64,000 nt of DNA from positions 2,161,279 through 2,225,278 of the forward strand of contig OZ257260.1 of the NCBI GenBank assembly GCA_965279735.1, read 5' to 3'. The position numbers and the translations under genes were made by a program. Position 1 is the first letter of the stretch. Every line of letters starts with the position of its first letter. Source of the DNA: Steroidobacteraceae bacterium (GTDB lineage: Bacteria > Pseudomonadota > Gammaproteobacteria > Steroidobacterales > Steroidobacteraceae). Positions 63,401 through 64,000 of this stretch are shown one piece after another. The notes under the pieces are model-generated. The model worked only from the letters and a program-made list of their open reading frames with translations. It was not told where the DNA came from and searched no databases.

Positions 63401-64000
63401 CTACGGTTTCATCGCACCCTGCGGCACGGCGAACGCGATGAACTCGCCGCTATACCCTGCGCCCGAGACTGGAACGACGAGGTACTGCTTGCCGTTCAAC
63501 ATGTAGGTCATCGGCGAACCGGTCTGCGGTGCGGGCATGTAGACCGCGCCCACTTCAGTCCCCGTCATCTTGTCGTAGGCACGCAGCATGGCGCCGCGCC
63601 GGCCGTCGGGTGTGGTTCCGAACCCAGGTTCGCCGGCAACGACCAGCGAACCCATGACGAGTACACCCGTTCGTCCATTGGCCCTGCCTGTACGCGGAAT
63701 GGTGAGGCCACGAAGCGCAGGATGGTTCTTGATTGCATCAGGCGTTTCACCATGCGCCACCTGCCACACGATCTCGCCCTGGTTGATATCGATCGCCGAA
63801 ATCGTTCCATAGGGTGGTTTGAGCAGCGGCAATCCCTGCACGGTGACAGCAGGTGCCCCCGCCTCCGACGAAGATCCGACGACCGGTGCCGCAGGAGGCG
63901 CTGCTGGATCACGGGCCTGTCCATTCACGTAGCTGAAGGCTTCCGGGTCCGGTCCGGGCACGAGGCCGATCACCGATGGACTGCGGAAAGAATAAACATA
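63401..64000 (-). CDS. PQQ-dependent dehydrogenase (glucose/quinate/alcohol type), C-terminal part; N-terminus beyond the right window edge
   Basis: The frame stays open to position 64000. KPPYGTISAIDINQGEIVWQVAHGE, LRAYDKMTGTEV and PMTYMLNGKQYLVVPVSGAG are typical C-terminal propeller blades of quinoprotein dehydrogenases. Confidence 0.75.
   Translation of the reverse strand, partial: YVYSFRSPSVIGLVPGPDPEAFSYVNGQARDPAAPPAAPVVGSSSEAGAPAVTVQGLPLLKPPYGTISAIDINQGEIVWQVAHGETPDAIKNHPALRGLTIPRTGRANGRTGVLVMGSLVVAGEPGFGTTPDGRRGAMLRAYDKMTGTEVGAVYMPAPQTGSPMTYMLNGKQYLVVPVSGAGYSGEFIAFAVPQGAMKP

Noticed and set aside
1-64000. A search for tRNA, rRNA, tmRNA, CRISPR arrays, IS elements, integrases, reverse transcriptases, and toxin-antitoxin or classical defence genes.
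   Set aside because: I found no cloverleaf-like or array-like repeats in the intergenic regions. No ORF carries transposase (DDE), integrase (R..H..R..Y), RT (YxDD) or typical restriction or abortive-infection motifs. This was visual inspection only; tRNAscan, Infernal and DefenseFinder should confirm it.

Overview
The window looks like a chromosomal segment from a high-GC Gram-negative bacterium, probably a gammaproteobacterium of Xanthomonadales or Nevskiales type; that placement is inference from gene content only. It is densely packed with about 65 protein-coding genes. I found no rRNA, tRNA, CRISPR array, transposase, integrase or phage genes. All family names come from motif reading and memory, with no BLAST or HMM search run.

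Recognisable core genes:
- Translation, cell wall and phosphate: tyrS (runs off the left edge and is absent from the ORF track), an M23 murein endopeptidase, and convergent ppk1/ppx.
- Cofactor and housekeeping: erpA, bactofilin, hemJ, rppH, tyrA, pdxH, malic enzyme, dbpA, a RIO-type kinase, yaeQ, yceH and ychJ.
- Transport: an FbpABC-type iron importer.

Much of the rest encodes exported redox or hydrolase enzymes:
- an IorAB-type molybdenum hydroxylase;
- two amidohydrolases and two MBL-fold hydrolases;
- three PQQ-dependent dehydrogenases;
- a HiPIP and a cytochrome c'-like lipoprotein.

Most interesting candidates, in order:
1. 8915-13512. A translationally coupled operon encodes an exported truncated haemoglobin, then an exported protein with an amicyanin-like type-1 copper ligand set, then a periplasmic-sensor GGDEF-EAL enzyme. 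It is divergent from a DUF3034-like barrel gene. I read it as a candidate envelope gas/redox to c-di-GMP module.
2. 52199-53890. A compositionally foreign gene encodes a VWA domain, three PASTA repeats and a Gly8-TM-RRRR C-terminal sorting tail. It is convergent with an orphan TraL/ParA-like P-loop ATPase.
3. 54794-58204. An LVIVD-repeat protein, a HiPIP and a Tat amidohydrolase sit in one neighbourhood.
4. 58207-62078. A lipid kinase, a phosphoesterase and an orphan histidine kinase form an operon divergent from a PAP2 phosphatase.
5. 50951-51088. A canonical EF-hand pair is inserted in an MBL-fold hydrolase.
6. 21430-21837. A secreted protein rich in Arg, Asp, His and Tyr.
7. Four convergent gene pairs overlap their stop codons on a shared CTAG.
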